Shown here: positions 13,627 to 26,278 of the stretch, one piece after another
How positions within the stretch are numbered: the stretch's first letter is position 1
How the letters are laid out: every line of letters starts with the position of its first letter
Assembly: GCF_009914755.1 (NCBI RefSeq)
Contig: NC_060925.1
DNA from: the human T2T-CHM13v2.0 reference genome, Homo sapiens
Reading direction: 5' to 3' (one strand)
DNA length: 64,000 bases
Translations under genes and position numbers: made by a program
Notes under the pieces: generated by a model
Database searches by the model: none
Seen by the model: the letters and a program-made list of their open reading frames with translations, nothing else
Told to the model about the DNA's origin: nothing

Positions 13627-16600
13627 AACATTTTTAAAGAAAAGAATTTCAAACCCAGAATTTCATATCCAGCCACACTAAGCTTTATAAGCAAAAAAGA
13701 AATAAGACCCTTTTCAGATGAGCAAATGCTGAGGGAATTCATCACCACCAGGCCTGCCTGGCAGGAGCTCCTGAAGGAAGCACTAAATATGGAAAGGAAA
13801 AACCGTTACCAGCCACTACAAAAACACACTGAAGTACACAGACCAACAACACTATGAAGCAACTACATAAACAAATCTACAAAATAACCAGCTAGCATCA
13901 TGATGACGGGAACAAATTCACAAAGAAAAACATTAACCTTAAATGTAAATGGGCTAAATGCTCCAATTAAAGGACAAAAAATGGCAAACTGGATAGAGTC
14001 AAGACCCATCAGTATGCTATATTCAACAGACCCATCTCACATGCAGAGACACAAATAGGCTCAAAATAAAGGGATGGATGAAAATTTACCAAGCAAATGG
14101 AAAACAGAAAAAAGCAGGGTTTTTTTGTAGTTTCTGACAAAACAGACTTTAAACCAACAGAGATTAAAAACACAAAGAAGGGCATTACATAATGGTAAAG
14201 GGTTCAATTAAACAAGAGGAGTTAACTATCCTAAATATATATGCACCCAATACTGGGGCACCCACATTCTTAAAACAAGTTCTTAGAGAGTTACAGAGAA
14301 ACTTAGACTCCCCTACAATAACAGTGGGAGACTTTAATACCCCACTGACAATATTAGACAGATTATAGAGACAGAAAATTAACAAAAATATTCAGGACCT
14401 GAACTCAGATCTGAATCAAGTGGATCTTATAGATATCTACAAAACTCTCCACCCAAATTCAACAGAATATACATTCTTCTCATCACCACAAAGAACTTAC
14501 TATAGTTGAACATGTAATCTGAAGTAAAACACTCCTCAGCAAATGCAAAAAACTGAAATCATAACAGTTTCTCAGAACACAGTGCAATCAAATTAGAATT
14601 CAAGATTAAGAAACTCACTCAAAACCACACCACTACGTAGAAATTGAAAAACCTGATCCTGAATGACTCCTGGGTAAATAATAAGGCAGAAATCAAGAAG
14701 TTCTTTGAAGCCAATGAGAACAAAGAGACAACACACCAGAATCTCTGGAATGCAGCGAAAGCAGTGTTAAGAGGAAAATTTATAGTACTAAATGCCCACA
14801 TCAAAAAGCCAGAAAGAGCTCAAGTCAATACCCTAACATCACAAATAAAAAACTATCCCCAAAGCTAGCAGAAGACAAGAAATAACCAAGATCAGAGTAG
14901 AAATAAAGGTGATAGAGACATCAAAAACCCTTAAAAAAATCAGCAAATTCAGGAGCTGTTTTTTTTGGGAAAAAAAAAAAAAAGTAAAATAGATAGACTA
15001 CTAGCTACACTAATACAGAAAAGAAGGAGAAGAATCAAATAGATATAATTAGAAACAATAAAGGGGATATCACCACTGACGCCAATGGAAATATGAACAA
15101 CCATCAGAAAATACTACAAACACCTCTATGCAAATAAACTACAAAATCTAGAAGAAATGGATAAATTGCTGGATATATACACCCTCCCAAGACTGAACCA
15201 GGAAGAAGTTGAGTCCCTGAATAGACCAATAATGAGTTCTGAAATTGAGGCAGTAATAAATAGCCTACCAAAAAAAAAAAAAAAAAAAGCCCAGGATCAG
15301 AAGGATTATAGCTTAATTCTACCAGAGGTGTAAAGAGGAGCTGGTAACATTTCTTCTGACACTATTTCAAACAATTGAAAAGGAGGGACTCCTCCCTAAT
15401 TCATTTTATGAGGAAAGCATCATCCTGATACCAAGACCTGGCAGAAATACAACAACAACAAAAAAACAGAAATCAGGCCAGTATCCCTGATGAACATCAA
15501 TCCAAAAAATACTCAATAAAATACTGGCAAGCTGAATCCAGCATCACATCAAAAAGCTTATCCACCATGATCAAGTTGTCTTCATCCCCAGGATGCAAGG
15601 TTGGTTCAACATATACAAATCAATGTATGTAATTCATCACATAAACAGAACTAAAGACAAAAACCACATGGTTGTCGCAATAGAAGCATAAAAGATCTTT
15701 GATAAAATCCAACATCCTTCATGTTAAAAACTCTCAATAAACTAAGTATTGAAGAAAATACCTCAAAATAATAAGAGCCATAGATGACAAACCCACAGTC
15801 AATAGCATACTTAATGGTCAAAAGGTGGAAGGAATCTTTTTAAAAACTGGCACAAGACAAGGATGTCCTCTCTCACTATTCCTATTCAACATGGTATTGG
15901 AAGTTTTGGCCAGGGCAGTCAGACAAGAGAAAGAAAGAAAGGTTATTCAAGTAGAAGAGAGGAAGTTAAATTATCTTTGTTTGCAGGTGACATGATCATA
16001 TATCTAGAAAACCCCATTGGGTCAGCCCAAAAGCTTGTTAAGCTCATAAGGAACTTTAGCAAAGTCTCAGGATACAAAGTCAGTGTATGAAAATCACAAG
16101 CATTCCTATGTACCAAGAACAGACAAGCAGAGAGCCAAACCATGAATGAACTCCCATTCGCAATGCCCACAAACAAAATAAAATACCTAGGAATAAAGCT
16201 AACAGGGGAAGTGAAGGACCTCTTCAAGGAGAGCTACAAACCACTGCTCAAGGAAATCAGAGAGGACACAAACAAATGGGAAAACATTCCATGCTCAGGG
16301 ATAGGAAGAATCAATATTGTGAAAATGGCCATATTGCCCAAACTAATTTATAGATTCAATGCTATTCCTATTAAATTGCTATGGACATTTTTCACAGAAA
16401 TAAAAAAATATATTTTAAATTTCATATGGAACCAAAAAAAAGTCCTAATAGCCAAGACAATCCAAAGCAACAAGAGCAAAGCTGGAGGCATCAGGGTACC
16501 CGACTTCAAACTATATAAGAAGGCTATGGTAACCAAGACAGCATGGTACTGGTACAAAAATGACACATAGATCAATGGAACAGACTAGAGAACTCAGAAA

Positions 16601-17151
16601 TAAGACTGCACACCTACAACTATCTGATCTTTGATAAACCTGACAAAAACAAGCAATGAAGAAATAATTCTCTATTTAACAAATGGTACTGGGAAAACTG
16701 GCTAGCCATATGCAGAAAACTGAAACTGGACCCCATCCTTACACTTTATACAAAAAATAACTCAAGATGGATTAAAGGCTTAAATGTAAAATCCAAAACT
16801 ATAAAAACCCAGAAGAAAATCTAGGCAATACCATTCAGGACATAGACACGGGCAAAACCTTTATCACAAAAACGCCAAAAGCCATTGCAACAGAAGTGAA
16901 AACTGACAAATGGGATCTAATTAAACTAAAAAGCTTCTGCACAGCAAAAACAAAACAAAGCAAAAAAACCACAAACCATCATCAGAGTGAACAGACAACC
17001 TCCAGAATGGGAGAAAAATTTTGCAATCTATTCATTTGACAAAGGTCTGATATCCAGAGTCTACAAGGAATAAAAACAAATTTACAAGAACAAAAACAAA
17101 CAGCCCCATTAAAAACATCATTGATCATTAGAGAAATGCAAATCAAAACTA

Positions 17152-17520
<369 letters not shown>

Positions 17521-18359
17521 TTACTGGCAAGGTTGCAGAGAAATCAGAATGCTTTTACACTGTTGGTTCAAATGTAAATCAGTTCAACCATTGTGAAAGA
17601 CAGTGTGGTGATTCCTCAAAGATCTAAAATCAGAAATACCATTTGACTCAGCAATCCTATTACTGGGCATATACCCACAGGAATATAAATCATTCTATGA
17701 TAAAGATACCATGCATGCATATGTTCATTGCAGCACTACTCACAACAGCTAAGACATGTAATCAACCCAAATGCCCATCAGTGATAGACTGGATAAAGAA
17801 AATGTGGTACATATACAACATGGAATACTATGTAGCAATAAAAAGGATTGAGATCATATCTTTTTGCAGGGAGATGGATGGAGCTGGGAACCATTATCCT
17901 CAGCAAACTAATGTAGGAACAGAAAACCCAACACCACATGTTCTCACTTATAAGTGGGAGATGAACTATGAGAACACACAGATGGGGCAGTGGGGGTGGG
18001 GTGGCGGGGAACAACACAGTGGGGCCTGTCAGGGACCTATGGGGAGGGAGAGCATCAGGAAAAGTAGCTAATGCTTGTTAAGCTTAATACCTAGGTGATG
18101 GGTTGATCTGTGCAGCAAAATCAGCATGGCACATTTACCTATATAACAAACCTGCACACCCTGCACACGTACCCCTGAACTTAAAATAAAAGCTGAAGAA
18201 AAAACAAGTTTTTTTGTAGAGATGGGATCTTCCTATATTGCCCAGGCTGGTCTCAAACTTCTGTGCTCAAATGATCCTCCTGCTTTGGCCTTCCAAATTT
18301 CTGGGATTTCAGACATGAACCATTGCTCCTGACTCCCTATCAACTAATTCTTAACTTTA

Positions 18360-18661
18360 AATTTATTTTTATTTTTTGTTTTCTTTTAGAGACAGGGTCT
18401 CATTCTGTCACCTAGGTTGGAGTGCAGTGGCATGATCATAGCTCATTGAGGTCTCAAACTCCTGGGCTCAAGCAGTCCTCCTGTCTTAGCTTCCTGAGTA
18501 TCTGGGGCTACAGGTGTGTACCATCACACCTGGCTAACTTTAATGTAGCATAGTCTTACTATGTTGCCCAGGCTGGTCTTGAACTCTTGGCCTCAGGCGA
18601 TTCTCCCACCTCAGGCTTCCAAAGTGCTGGGATTACAGGTGTGAGCCACCACTGCCCAGCC
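18360..18661 (-). mobile_element. AluJ
   Basis: TSD ct(a/g)attcttaacttta at about 18344 and 18661. Confidence 0.85.
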
Positions 18662-18664
18662 TGA

Positions 18665-19720
18665 TTCTTAACTTTATGCAGGACATCAAATCCTTAATCA
18701 TACATAGTGCGTCAAATCAATTCAATTGTCATCGGAATGCATGCCACCTCCATATCATTTATTAACAAGCAAGCTTCAAGAAACCAGCAATCTCTTCTTA
18801 TCCTGGACCCATTAATCATGGGCGCTTGGGAGTTCTAGCCTGAAATTATTTGGCATCTGGTTCTTTCTTCAGGTCCAGCTCACCTGATATCTCTAGTAAT
18901 TTCCTTAACTAAAATATCCTGATGGACTAATGAGTATTTTCTCATAATTCCATACAACTGTGGTTTCATGTATGTGACATTCTTAATTGTTGGGTAGGCT
19001 GTGATACTGCTATGGCTGTCAAAAACTTTAATGTAGTCAGCAACTTGTAGCTGAGCTTTAATTGCTGCTATGTACTAACATCATCAACCATAAGGTGTTA
19101 TTTAGTCAATGCGACATGAGAATTTTTATATGTAAAGTCTCACCCCATACATACACACAAAGACATGTACAGGTGAAATAAACTAAATGAAATAAATTAA
19201 TAAATATATAAGTTTAATTCCCTAAGTCCATTTTCTTCTTTTTATGTTTTTTTTTTATTTGTTAACTCCCTAAAGCAAGATAGTATCTATAAACAAACTA
19301 GGCTGCAAGGCTTTTATGAAATTTACTCATAATACACATAATTTAAATATTTTCCCCAATTTTTTCCTTAAAGCTTATTTAGCCTATTTCTCAATTAAAG
19401 AACTTCAAAATATGTATTTTCCTCAAAGGATTCTAGCTTAACGGGCTAAATTTTTTTTTTTTTCCCAATTCCTATCATGCAGTTCTTCTGCCATTCTACC
19501 CCAAATTTGACATTGTTTTCAAAGATTTGACTTTGTTTTTAAACGTAGCTTTATTCAAAGCAATGCACTGAAAATGTCTAGATGGACTCTTTGCAGCTCC
19601 ATAAACACTTACACTTGGTCCCGATCTTTTTATTAACTTTAAATTACATATGCAAGTATCCAAATTGCAGTGAGAATTCTCTCTGGATCATAAAGGTATG
19701 GAAGAAACAGCCAGCAAGCA
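18665..19720 (+). pseudogene. Ancient NUMT: mitochondrial control region - tRNA-Phe - 5' 12S rRNA
   Basis: Central conserved domain motifs catctggttctttcttcagg (18854), gatggactaatg (18921), aactgtggtttcatg, ctatggctgtcaaa; CSB1-like tatttagtcaatg; then tRNA-Phe and 12S-like ttggtcc...ttacatatgcaagtatcc...cagtgaga, in mtDNA order. Confidence 0.85.
19539..19607 (+). pseudogene. Mitochondrial tRNA-Phe(GAA) pseudogene within the NUMT
   Basis: gtagct...caaagcaatgcactGAAaatgtctagatgg...ccataaaca resembles mt-tRNA-Phe (CAAAGCAATACACTGAAAATGTTTAGACGG...CCATAAACA). Confidence 0.85.
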
Positions 19721-20599
19721 CCTTATTACTCCTTGTTGAACTCACCCCCTCTTTGACCTCATTTCTTTGACTTTCTTTTGTCTCCAGCCATTCTCAAATG
19801 TGCTAGGCTTGCTTCGCCTCAGAGCATTTGCACATGCCATTCTCTCTGCTTCAAATATTTTCCCCCTTGAATTCTGCATGGGGAATTTGCTCTTCATATT
19901 CTTTGGCTTTTCCCTCAAATACAACCTTCTCACTTACCAACCTTCCCTGACCAAATTATTTAAAACTGAATTCACAACAGTCTTATTGGTCCCCTTTGCT
20001 TCCTTTATTTTCTTCCTAGCACTTTCCACTTTGACATGCCATATATTTTGTTTACTGTCTGGTTCTCCCACTGAAATGACAAGAGGGTTTTTCTCTTGTG
20101 CCTTTTCTTTTTCACTGTTCTAACATCACTGCTCAGAGGAGTGATTGTCACAGAGAAGACACTCATTTAACACTTGAATGAATGAATGAGACACAGGATC
20201 TGGGGAACAAAGCAAGTTAGAAACACCACCCTACCTTACCTAGAGTAGCACTCCCATTTTCCCATGGCTTATTGCCTGTTTTCTCAATTTGCTCATATGT
20301 GGAATGAATGACAAACTAATACGTGCCCTTCACTTCAGAATCTCACAAATGAGCATGATTTTTTTCTTCTGATCCAGGGGTTTTGGAACACACTTTACAG
20401 TGACCAAAAAACCTTTGTGAAGTGTCAGTGTGGAGAAGCAAATACAAACTCTTCACTAAGTGGCCCTCTTTTTGAATGTTAACACGGTTTGGTCCCAGGG
20501 ATTTCTGTGTTCAAAGCCTTTCAGGGCAAGGCAGTTTTCTGCGGAGTACACTGTCCTATATACCTAATGGGCTACTGGGTTTCAGCTGGACAAAGTCCT

Positions 20600-21140
20600 T
20601 ATAGAGCCGTGATTCTCAAGAAGTAGGGGGAGATACTTTTATTTGTCATAACTAGAGTGGAGAGAGTGTGGTGTGCTACTGGCATTTAGTTGCTAGGGAT
20701 GCTCAATATCCTACAATTAAGGTTCTATTTTTACCAAGTAAAAATATAGGTAGGCAAGGTAGCCAGATGAAATACAGGGACTTCCAGTTAAATGTGAATC
20801 TTAGATGAACAACACTGTTACCTGAAACTCAAATTTAACTGTATTTTATCCGTGACCCTGCCTCCTATAATGCACAGGACAGCCTCCTTCCCTCTCAACA
20901 AAGAATTATCCAGGCCCAAAATGTCAAGAGTGGAGGTTGAGAAACCCTGCCATACAGCAGTGGTTCTCAAGCCCTAGTTTGTACCACAATTACCTTCAGG
21001 GTTGGTAAGGCCGATTATTGGGCACACCCTCAGAGTTTCTTACTCAGAAGGCCTGTAGTGGGGTCCCAAGATTTGCATTTCCATCGATTTCCCAGGTGAA
21101 GCTGCTGTTAGATTGGGGGCACATTTGAGAACCACTACCC
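20600..21140. mobile_element. Cluster of hAT MITE remnants (MER20/MER33/MER5-like)
   Basis: cagtggttctcaa...ttgagaaccact and ttgagaaaccctg termini; MER20-like internal motifs. Confidence 0.6.
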
Positions 21141-21219
21141 TAGAAAGTCCCCATGCTCTCCTGATTAGGAAGGAGCGAGGAAGGTTTCCAAAGTAGGACA
21201 GGGGTGGGAGGGTAAGGGA

Positions 21220-21965
21220 GAGTGGCGGGAAGAGCTGGCCCGCTGGGGTGGGTTATTTCGGCCGTTCTGGCCTCGCAGGCGTTTTCGGGATCCCTCTAGG
21301 CGCCGCGGAGGTCCTGGAGTCTCGATGGTCGCTCGGGCCGGGGCGTGGCCTGGCCCGGGGGCGTGGCATGGAAGGCCGGCCGAGGTGCAGCGAGCCCTCT
21401 GGTGCCGGACGTTGCGCGGCCGCGACGCCCGACGCCAACGCAGGCGCAGCGCTCCGATTCGGCGCGGCTCATGGTCCGGTTCGGGCTCGCGAGTCTCCGT
21501 CTGGGGTAGGGCAGGTAGGCCTCAGTGTGCTCGCGCTGCAGGCAGGGCTTCGCTTGAGTACAGGAGTGGTTGGCGTTGATGTTGCGTTTTCTCAACGGCG
21601 GCATCCGAGGAGTTCGTCCTCACCACTGCGCGCCGACGGTGGGCTGGCGGGACCAGGACAGGAACAATGGGATTCCGAGGGCCGCAAGGGGGCGCTCCTT
21701 CTGCGGGTTGGGGTGCGAGGCCGGAGGCCGGGCCGGCTGAGCGGGAGGCGGAGCGGGGTGGGTGGGGACCAGGGCGGGGTCGGGCTAAAGAGGGATGGAT
21801 TCAGGGCGGGGTGGGAGGGACCAGGGCAGGCTCGGGCGGGGTGGGCGGGACGAAGGAGGCGGGCGGCCTGAGGCTGGCGGCGGGACTGCGAATGCCACGT
21901 CACATCCTGGGGCGGGGTGGCTCTGTGCCGGGGCGCGCTGGGGGCGGGTCGTTTTTAACTGCGTC
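21220..21965 (+). promoter_or_regulatory. PGBD2: CpG island promoter of PGBD2
   Basis: High GC and CpG density, several GGGCGG boxes, CTCGCGAG palindrome, G-runs downstream. Confidence 0.9.
21400..21514 (+). other. PGBD2: PGBD2 non-coding exon 1 (5' end approximate)
   Basis: Donor CAG|gtaggc at 21514/21515 inside the CpG island; TSS inferred, not seen. Confidence 0.7.
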
Positions 21966-22086
21966 TGCCTGGGAAGCTGCTGAGGTTTCTGAGGGTCTTT
22001 GTTTGCCCTTCTTTCTCTTTTGCTAGTGAGGTGAAGAGAAGGGAGGGTTCTTCCGTATCCCACAAAAGCCATTCTGAGCTGTTGGG

Positions 22087-23080
22087 TGAAGGGGTGGCCT
22101 GCCCTTCCACACCTGTGGGATATCTTGTCAGGTGGGAGGAGAGACTGAGAAAAGAAATAAGACACAGAGACAAAGTATAGAGAAACCACAGTGGGCCCAG
22201 GGGACCGGCACTCAGCATACCAAGGACTTGCACCAGCACCGGTCTCTGAGTTCCCTCAGTTTTTATTGATTATTGTTTTCATTATCTCAGCAAGAGGAAT
22301 GCGGTAGGAGAGCAGGGTGATAAGGAGGTCAGCAAAGAAACATGTGAGCAAAAGAATTTATGTCATAAGTTCAAGTGGAGGTACTATGCCTGGATGTGCA
22401 CGTAGGCCACATTTATGTTTCTCTCTGCCCAAACATTTCAGTGGAATAAAGAATAACAGGGCAGCATTGCTGCCAACATGTCTTGCCTCCTGCCATAGGG
22501 CAGTTTTTCTCCTATCTCAGAATTGAACAAATGTACAATCAGGTTTTGTACGGAGACATTCAGTTCCCAGGGGCAGGCAGGACACAGTGGCCTTCATCTA
22601 TCTCAACTGCAAGAGGCTTTCCTCTTTTACTAATCCACCTCAGCACAGACGGGTGTCGGGCTGGGGGACGGTAAGGTCTTTCTCTTCCCACGAGGCTGTA
22701 TTTCAGACTATCACATGGGGAGAAACCTTGGACAATACCCGGCTTTCCAGGGCAGAGGTCCCTGTGGCTTTTCATGGTGCATTGCGCCCCTTGTTTATTG
22801 AGACTAGAGAATGGTGATGACTTTTACCAAGCATACTGCTTGTAAACATTTTGTTAACAAGACATGTCCTGCACAGCCCTAGACCCCTTAAACCTTGATT
22901 CCATACAACACATGTTTTTGTGAGGTCAAGGTTGGAGCAAAGAGGTTGGGGCAAAGTTACAGATTAAGAGCATCTCAGGGCAAAGCAATTGTTCAAGGTA
23001 CAGGTCAAAATGGAATTTCTTATGTCTTCCCTTTCTACATAGACACAGTAGCAGTCTGACTTCTCTTTCTTTTCCCTACA
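22087..23080 (-). mobile_element. HERV-K(HML-2) solo LTR, LTR5A-like, antisense in PGBD2 intron 1
   Basis: Minus strand starts TGTAGGGAAAAGAAAGAGAAGTCAGACTGCTACTGTGTCTATGTAGAAAG; 6-bp TSD gttggg/gttagg. Confidence 0.9.
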
Positions 23081-23928
23081 GTTAGGCACCTGGCTCAGCT
23101 TTGGGGCATTTACATCTATAAAATGTCTTTTGAATAATTTTTATCTTGAATTAATTTCAGAGTTTCAGAGTGTTGTGAAACAAGCAAAAATTCCCATGTA
23201 CGGTTCGTCTGGATTTCCTAGGGGTTAACATCTTATTTTACAAAACAGTCAACAAAACCAGGATATTAACACCTACAGGCCTTATTCGAATTTCTTTACT
23301 CTCACCTATTTCCATTTTGTAATTTAGGTTCCAAGACAGCATTTAGTTGTCCTGTCTTTCCTTGGAGAAATTTACATTTTAAACAGCAGCTCTCCCACCT
23401 CCCAATCCCCTAGGACCCTTTAGAGTGGCCTGGGGAGCTCCAGGTCTCACACCAAGTTGCTTTTTCTTTGTTGAGTGCCTGGGCCAGTTCAGTTGAGAAT
23501 GCCCAGTTGGACCTCTGGGCAGCTCGTGACCACCCTCTGCTCTTCCTCCCAGTGCTGCTAGGCTTAGTGAATGGCACCTCTGTGCACCAGCCATAGGGTG
23601 CCTGAAATCTAGGAGGCTTCCCCGATCAGCTTTCTCCCCTGCCCTAACCCCTCAACCAATTATCCAGGCTTGATGGTTTTACATTTTAAGTCCTCCTTAA
23701 GTGTGTCCATTTCTCTCCATAGGCCCCACCCTTTTGCCGTAGCCTTTTTGTCCATCTCCCTGCATCTATGTTGGGGCCTGCATACTCAGTTGTCCATACT
23801 GCACCCAGAATAAGCTTGTTAACATACACCCTTCCTTCTGTTATGCTCTTCCTGTATTTTTTTTTTTTTTAAACTTCCCATAGCTCTTATAAAGACAGGC
23901 CTCCTTAACAGGGTCTTCAAGTCTCTGC

Positions 23929-25018
23929 AGGGCTGGTACAGCCTCTTGTACCCTGTCCCGCAGATTCCTTACTCTGGCGTCACTGCTTTGCTTCTCCTGT
24001 GCTGTGCCTTTTGCCTGGGGTGCTATTCCCTGCCTGCTGAGGGAATTGTTACTCTTTCTGCAGCTCTCCATCATTTTGTCTTTTCCTCAGGGAGATATTC
24101 TCTGACCTCCCTGACTAGATCAGTTTCCGTTTTACGGGTTTTGATAAACACCTCCTTTCCTTCTTAGCCCTGTCATAGTTACAATTTTATGCATATATAC
24201 CTGGCACCCAGTAGATACTTCAGATGTTTGCCAAACGAATGAAAAAGTGATAGTGTGGCTGCCTAACAGCCTCTATCTAGACATTATTCCCTTTGTGAGT
24301 TTGCTTGGTATGTAGGAGCACTGGTTACCCATGTCCTCTTCCTCTGTTGGTTGTCTCAGGCAGGGCAAGAAAGATGGAGGAGCCACATGTGAGGGGATGG
24401 AGGGCCTGGGGAGCACAGTCTACAGACTCCTGAAAGGTAGAATGGGTTTTTGCTGAGCTTCTTGCGTATGTATCCCCCTCTGACCTGGTTGAGTCCACTG
24501 TATTAGATTCTTCACTGACAGGTATTTCCTATGCGTGGTTTCAGAGACTCTTTTAGGAGTATATTTTAGTTAGGGTCAAGCATATATCAAGAGCTTCTGG
24601 TTCTTTTCTAAATAGTTGTCTCAAAGCCAAATAGTAAAGATGAAAATGAAAGTCTGCAGCAGGTTGAGATGGACGGGGTGCCCTGGAGTGTGGCCATTTG
24701 GCTCTGTGGCATGATTAATTTGGTTCAGCGAGTATTTATTGAGGGCCTGCTGCATGCCAGATGCCATGTTGCCTTTTGGGGATACAGAGGTGGGGTCGAC
24801 CTGAAGATGGATTATTAATTTCAGTCTATTGTGGTGAAAGCTGTGGTAAGAGGAAGACTTGATTGGAAGCTTGATGGATGAGAAAGACATTGCAGGGGAT
24901 CCCATAGGCAGGGAATGGCACCCCAGGCAAAAGGCACAGCACACAAGAAGAAAGCAAAGCAGTCAGGCCAGAGTAGGGAACCTGAGGGAGACAGGATACA
25001 AGAAACTGGACCAGCCCT
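23929..25018. repeat. Inverted repeat pair (23929-24035 and 24906-25018) in L2-like sequence
   Basis: 23998-24035 and the reverse complement of 24906-24943 match at 37/38 positions; flanking ~70 bp also align. Confidence 0.85.
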
Positions 25019-26004
25019 CAGGAGTGGTCTGAACCTAGAGGCAGAACTGGGTCGGGATGAGGCTGGGGACCAGGCTGTGAATGGCTTTGATTTTATTTCA
25101 GAGCTTGGTTGGCAAGTTCTTGGTAGGCTGTGAAGATGGGCTCATGCCCTAATGGCTGGAGGCTGTCAGTCTGTATGTTAGCAAGTGGATGGGGCCAGCC
25201 TAAGGCACAGTGGAGGAAAAGGTGGTAAACTGCTGAGAGGTGAAGCAACTGTGACATGGTAACACAAGTCAGGCTTCTTGACCCAAACCTGGCTGGACCT
25301 GGGGAAGAAGTCAGACTGTTTGAGTTTTATCAGTCATACTGATGCATCCTTAATCAAACATAATTTCTGCAGCAAAATGTATGGATATTTATAGTAACAG
25401 AATTAGACATTATGAAGAGCCTCAGGTCAGTCCAGGTTTTGCTGCCAAAGAGTTTGTTGCAAAGTTTTGAAAGAAAGTTCAGTTTTTAAACCATATTTGG
25501 CTTTTGGAATTGCAGGTGAGGGGTTTTGAACCTGAAATTATAGTTAACACTTGGGAATCCAGGCCTGTTGTGTCTGCTTTACACACATTGACTCTTACTG
25601 TTTTCACAGTGCAGTGAGGGTAGGTACCATGATGATCCCATTTTACAGGTGAAAGACAAGGGCACCAGGAAGTCTCTTTGGTAAGTGACTTTCCAAAATC
25701 GCACAGCTCATCGCTGGTGGCTCCATATTACACATTTTTCCTGGGCTACAGACTTGTGAAAGGGGGTGGGGAGAGATTGAGGGACTGAGGTCTTTCTTCT
25801 GCACCTCACACACCTGGCATCTGCCTGCAGCAAGCCTGCCTTAGTGCCAAGAAGGTCAGAGCAGAAGGGGAGCTGGAGCCCCACAGACATCACAATCACA
25901 CACTTGGATTTACTGAAAGCCCATGGGGACTCATGTCTGTGATTACTGGAGCTTATGATCTAATCAGGTGATGAGCTTTTCTCACAAGCCATAGAGGAAT
26001 TTGT

Positions 26005-26278
26005 TTTTTTTTTAACAAAAGAAAAAAACAGCTTTATTGTGGTATAATTGACATGCAACAAACTGCGTATATTCGAAGTGTGTAATTTGATGAGTTTCGG
26101 CATGTGACCACACCGTGAAACCACCACCACAACCAAGATCCTGAACATATCCATCATCTCCAAGAGTTTCCTCCTGCCCCTTTGTAATCTTTCCCTCCCA
26201 GCCCTATTTGCCCCCCCATCTCGAGCACCCACGAATGTGTTTTCTGTTACTATAGGTTAGCTTACATTTTCTAGGGTT
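26005..26278 (-). mobile_element. L1M 3' end fragment
   Basis: agctttattgtggtataattgacat...accaccaccacaaccaagat. Confidence 0.7.

Noticed and set aside
21248-22189. Overlapping ORFs in the CpG island
   Set aside because: Stop-poor GC-rich promoter DNA with no recognisable domains
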